A stretch of 64,000 nt of DNA from positions 74,152,001-74,216,000 of the forward strand of contig OX597830.1 of NCBI GenBank assembly GCA_951406725.2, in the 5' to 3' direction. Every line of letters begins with the position of its first letter. Within the stretch, counting starts at the first letter, position 1. Of the stretch, positions 58,012 to 64,000 are shown piece by piece. This stretch comes from Octopus vulgaris (lineage: Eukaryota). A program made the position numbers and the translations under genes. The notes under the pieces were generated by a model. The model was not told where the DNA came from. It saw only the letters and a list, made by a program, of their open reading frames with translations, and ran no database searches.

Positions 58012-58378
58012 CATATATTTATTTAGCTATATATATATATATATCTAGTTATCTATTCATATATATATATATACATAATTTTATGTATATATATATGTAC
58101 ATAGAGTCGTACCTACATATGTGCTTGGATACATACATATGCACATGAATATGTATATGTATATGAACATATATATGTATTAAAAAATATCTATATATAT
58201 ATACGTATGTATATATATGTAAATAATAAGATTAATAATAGTCATATGCTTAATGCTTATAAGTGATCACTGTGAGTTGACTATTGCTACTAGTCGAATA
58301 TTTAGGCATATCACATCTCGACGGAAAGAAATACGGTCTGTCGTACGTATGTGCCTCGAACCCACGCCTCTACTTATT

Positions 58379-58416
<38 letters not shown>

Positions 58417-58833
58417 GCTATAATTCTTTTTGGAACATACACATCTACGTATTCATATGTATACTAATATAAACATATGTACATACATATATGGATATAT
58501 ATACGGTTAAATATAATACACACATACATATATATGTGTACTTATACACACTGTCATTGTTTTGGTAATGATAAGGTTAAGCTATAATCACTAGCGTGGA
58601 AAAGGTCGAAATCCCTTTGGGATAGAAAAATTCGAAAGCTTCCCGTGAGACTCGAAACCACATCACCGGTAGACAAGCTATTATTTATAATTTTACATGT
58701 ATTTCAAGCTCCAATTCAAAAGCAGAATTATTTAATTTTCCCTGGAAATGATATTGATTCTCATGACGTCAAGAATATATATACATGTACATCCATACAC
58801 ACACAACTATATATATGTATATATAAATATGTA

Positions 58834-58876
<43 letters not shown>

Positions 58877-59344
58877 TTACATGTATCAATGTGTGTGTGG
58901 GGGGTGCTTGAATGCGATTTTGTGTACATCTGTCTCTCTCTCAATATATAAATGCATGCAATCATATATACACACACACACACACACATTTATATATATA
59001 TATATATATACATGCATAGAAACATATATATATACACACATGCATCCGCGCATGCATACATCCACACACACACAGCCACAAGCATACACTTATATACTTT
59101 TAACACGGTGCTACAACTAAAAGTACTTTTCCTTCAGAAGATCGAATTAGTTGGCTACACTGCAAACTCACAAAGGAGCAGGAAATTATGCGTTAATCTT
59201 AAGTAACTTTTTTGTGTCTCTGCTATAAGGTGTTGTACGAGCACTCTGCTCTGATTGCACTGCATCTTATAACAGAAAATATGGCATAACACAAGTAATT
59301 GTGTCTTTATCATACATACACACACATACACATATACATACATA

Positions 59345-59388
<44 letters not shown>

Positions 59389-59530
59389 TATATATCTATG
59401 TATATATATGTGCATGGATATATCTGTGTATGTATATATATATATGTATGTATATATATAGGTATATATATATGTATATATATATATATATATATGCATG
59501 TAGATATACACACACACATACACACATATA

Positions 59531-59607
<77 letters not shown>

Positions 59608-59625
59608 CTATATATATATCTATAA

Positions 59626-59900
59626 TTTTTTTTTCTAGATTCAGCTCAGAGCTGCGGCCATGCTGATGCACCGCCGTTTTGTGCTGCACTGTTATTACGA
59701 CGAACCTCGTCTAATATGTGGCACTTGGTGAAGAATGGAGTTTGATATAGCTACTCTCATGTTCACCTCTTGCCGTGAGGTAGGTTCATCTGGGACTCTT
59801 GACAGGAAGATGTCCAGCTTTGATTTAAAAACCGCTACATCTACTTTGTGCAAGTTCCTCAGACTCTGGGAGAACATTAAAAAGCTGTGGGCCCTTGAAA
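59626..59900 (-). mobile_element. 5'-truncated CR1/L2-group LINE 3' end
   Basis: FKGPQLFNVLP..LRNL....FKSKLDIFLSRVPDEP....SNSILHQ C-terminus, short 3' UTR GGCGGTGCATCAGCATGGCCGCAGCTCTGAGCTGAA, A-rich tail. Confidence 0.85.
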
Positions 59901-60006
<106 letters not shown>

Positions 60007-60049
60007 TATAGATCATGGTTTATATATATATATATATATAAAATATATA

Positions 60050-60335
60050 GATCATGGCTTATAAACATTCAAAAGAAAGTAAGAAAATGGAGTTATAACA
60101 TTTAATAAGAATTTCTAATCTGCAAAAATCAGACATGGTCCCTAACAGCTGTTTCAATTAGGCCGCTGTTGAGAGTTTGCCAAAATTAATGATTTTTATC
60201 AGTTACTATTTAATCGATTAGGCCCAACTGAAACAGGTGTAAGGGACCACGTTTGATTTTTGCAGATAATAAGTATTTATTAAATGTTATATCTGCATTC
60301 CCCTACTTTCTTTTGAATAATTTTAAACCATGATT
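60050..60335. mobile_element. Diverged Penelope-like fold-back remnant
   Basis: Arms ~60050-60164 / ~60221-60333; each inner end carries GAAACAG(C/G)TGT(T/A), a hammerhead stem III/cleavage half. Confidence 0.6.
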
Positions 60336-60452
60336 CTTGTATAGACCTATTGTTTTGTGAATATTATCATTCACAACAAATATTAGGCATTAAATCAATA
60401 ATTCACTGGATGATTTCATCCCTTAATGAGTCTAATTTAACCTCTAATTGAT

Positions 60453-60512
<60 letters not shown>

Positions 60513-60566
60513 CATATATATATATTTATATATATATATGTATGTATATATATACATATATATGTG

Positions 60567-60615
<49 letters not shown>

Positions 60616-61903
60616 GTATATATATGCATATATATGTGCATATGTATATATATATTTATATATATATATATATATAAAAGTAAAAAGAGTATATACATGT
60701 ATGTATATATATATTTATATATATGTATATAATTTATATATATACACACACACACATACAGGTATTCTAACATATTTTCCTTTTAAAGGAATCAAATTAA
60801 CCCCTCCATCCCGCAGACCCTACCGACGAACAACTTAGGTACATTCATTGTGTTATCGACCATGTGTGTTCAATTATATATATATATATATATATATATT
60901 CTCTAATGTTTGCACTTCCTGAAATCCTTACATGCTATTGTGAATGACAGGTGTGACAATGCTTATACTGTGAAGTATTGTAAGACGTGGAATAGCTGAC
61001 CAGTAGCTCTAGCTCCGCCTTATCATCACCTGGCTTGCTTTATACATCAAGAGGGTGAATCGAATATTCTAGTACTTTGATTGTAACATGTTTTAAGCGG
61101 GTTGTATCAAAGCCTGAAAATTAGACAGTCATATGAATGCAGGACCTAAACTGAGAGGCAAGTACGAAGCATTGTCGATCAGTTAGCTATAAATTCTTCT
61201 TGAATTTTGAACGGGTGGGGTCAAATAAATGCAGATAATTCTTCCACTGTTGATTCGCTGGCTTTAAAACCTTAAAAAAAAAAAGAAAAAGAAAAGAGAA
61301 AGGTTATATGTGAGTAGAAAGAAAGCATGCAAAGTCATGCTTTTTGGTTTTTCTGGAGCTGAAAAATGTGGGAGCGGACACTTAAAGTGGGAGATGTAGA
61401 TATTTTTCCGGTCTCCATTGAAATTGTATTTGAAATATGATATATCTATGAATTACTACGCCACTCACCCCAAACAGATACAAACCCCCGCCATTTCACT
61501 CTTTAATTCTTTTACTATTTTCAGTCACTGACCTCAGCCACGCTGGGGGCACCGCCTAGGTGTGTTTAGACGAACAAATAACCTCTAATAATTATTTCTT
61601 TTGTAGTCTAGTGCTTATTCACTCGAACTCTATAGCCGAAACGCAAGCTAAGAAAAAAAGACGGTTGTCACACAGACATAAGTCACACACTAACATATAC
61701 ACATACACACAGACACACACACAATCACAAACACATATATATATATATGTGCATGTGGGAGCGTGTTTATGTATGTATACGTATACAAAGGGCTTCTGCA
61801 CCGTTTCTGTCTTCCAAATTCACACAAATCGACCCCCAGCAGCCGAACCGCCAGTTTTCTGTGATATCAACAAGCGGTGGTGCTTGGGGATCAAATACAA
61901 GCA

Positions 61904-61940
<37 letters not shown>

Positions 61941-61995
61941 ATATACACACACGCAAAACACACACATATTTTTTTACATTATTCTATTGATATAC

Positions 61996-62222
61996 CGCAA
62001 TGGCCCAGTGGTTAGGGCAGCGGACTTGCGGTCGGAGGATCGCGGTTTCGATTCCCAGACCGGGCGTTGTGTGTGTTTATTGAGCGAAAACACCTAAAAG
62101 CTCCACGAGGCTCCGGCAGGGGGTGGTGGTGATCCCTGCTGTACTCTTTCATCACTCTAAAAGGCGGTGCTCCAGCATGGCCGCAGTCAAATGACTGGAA
62201 CAAGTACAAAAAAAAAAAAAAA
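61996..62222 (+). mobile_element. Chimeric SINE: OR-like head and core joined to family A tail
   Basis: CGCAATGGCCCAGTGGTTAGGGC..CTGTACTCTTTCATCAC followed directly by AAGGCGGTGCTCCAGCATGGCCGCAGTCAAATGACTG and poly(A). Confidence 0.75.
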
Positions 62223-62284
62223 TACCAACCAATCAACCAATTTTACAAACACCCAGTATGACAAACATCTCAAATGTTAAATAA

Positions 62285-62500
62285 TCTTTTCTACTATAGA
62301 CACAAGGCCTGAAATTTTGGGGAGGGGGGGCTGTCGATTAGATCAACCCCAGTACGAAACTCGTACTCAATTAATCGATCCCGAAAGGATGAAATGCAAA
62401 GTCGATCTCGGTGGAATTTGAACTCAGAACGTAACGGCAGACGAAATACCGCTAAGCATTTCGCCCGGTGTACTAACGATTACTGCCAGTTCAACGCTTT
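62285..62500 (-). mobile_element. SINE family B
   Basis: Reverse copy; ATGTTAAAT(A/G)AT on both flanks as probable TSD. Confidence 0.85.
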
Positions 62501-62564
62501 ACTGATGTTAAATGATGTAGCCGAGGTGTGTAAGGAGAGAGCCCTAAGCTGTTACGTAAGCTGA

Positions 62565-62611
<47 letters not shown>

Positions 62612-62822
62612 GTCAACTTCTAATTTAACAAAAAGTATAAGGAGAAATTAACAGACGATGGTTGGAATTGCAGATCAAAATCACCTCCATTGTAGAGTAC
62701 TATATGATATTTTAATCTTTTCGATTAGAACGCTCACATTATTGTCTTAAATAATACGAATATTTCGAGGAAAAAATACATATCACGCACACACATACAC
62801 AGACACAACAAACACACACACG

Positions 62823-62856
<34 letters not shown>

Positions 62857-63105
62857 TGTATGTATGTATGTATGTATGTATGTATGTATGTATGTATGTA
62901 TGTATGCATATATGTTATATGTGTGTATGTATGTATATATGTATACACGTAGATAGCCTCACGCACAAACACTTACATGATGATATGTGAATATATGTAC
63001 ATGAGCATAAATATTCATGTGTAAAAAGTGTGATGAATATAAGTGTACAAGTATGCATATACATGTGCGATTGTAACACGGACGCATACACACACATGCA
63101 CACGC

Positions 63106-63156
<51 letters not shown>

Positions 63157-63168
63157 CACACACATATA

Positions 63169-63238
<70 letters not shown>

Positions 63239-63701
63239 AGTGTATATACGTGTGTGTACATACATGTGAATGTAAGCATGGAAACATTTATCAACAACGA
63301 AATCGTATACTAGCGTTAAGTTTATTGAAAGAATATTGGAAGTCAGTCACTCCGAAACCGAAATATATAGACATATCTATAAATTTCAATGTTGCCAATC
63401 GCAGTTTATCACGAGAATATTCTATCATACTCGTATGTAAAGGAAGACAGAATATATAGCACCTCAAATACGCATAGATAGATTAGCATAACATGAAATA
63501 TAAATCTATAATGCGAACAGAAGACATTCAAGATAATTCGCCAAAATATATTGGAAAATAGTAAACATGAATTTTAGCATATGTATGCATGTATGTATGT
63601 ATGTATATATATATATATATACATATATTGAATATATATACTGTATATATACGTGTATATATAGTGTTTATATGTATGTATATATAAAAATATACATAAT
63701 G

Positions 63702-63764
<63 letters not shown>

Positions 63765-63776
63765 TTCTGTATATAG

Positions 63777-63827
<51 letters not shown>

Positions 63828-64000
63828 TATTGTATATATATTTATATAACATAAAAGCAAAAGAAAAAATATATATGCACACACACATATATATATATAT
63901 ATCACATATATATTATTGATATGTGTATATGTATGTATATTATATATATGTGTATGTATCTATGCGCACATTTGTATACACATATAGGTTCATATATTTA

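Overview
AT-rich, microsatellite-saturated eukaryotic DNA. The SINE families and repeat landscape point to an octopus genome (inference). The only host gene I can support is the homeobox-bearing terminal exon of the Hox gene Antennapedia (+, 54709-54941). I saw no hexapeptide (YPWM) exon, so the upstream ~54 kb is probably Antp intron. The rest is transposon-derived: a Tc1 (DD34E) element with an open transposase ORF, a non-autonomous Helitron, 3' fragments of R4/Dong, CR1-like, RTE-like and Tx1-like LINEs, several tRNA-derived SINE families, a tRNA-Thr pseudogene, and many Penelope-like fold-back remnants. The most striking hidden structure is a set of about a dozen type I hammerhead ribozyme motifs in these remnants. 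One has a fully canonical core. Different families show C3-G8, U3-A8 and G3-C8 core pairs plus a recurrent U4C variant. Also notable: a Tx1-like LINE found twice inside (TATC)n arrays, and two SINE/LINE partner pairs readable from shared 3' tails. All calls are by eye, without database searches. Coordinates of degraded repeats are approximate.
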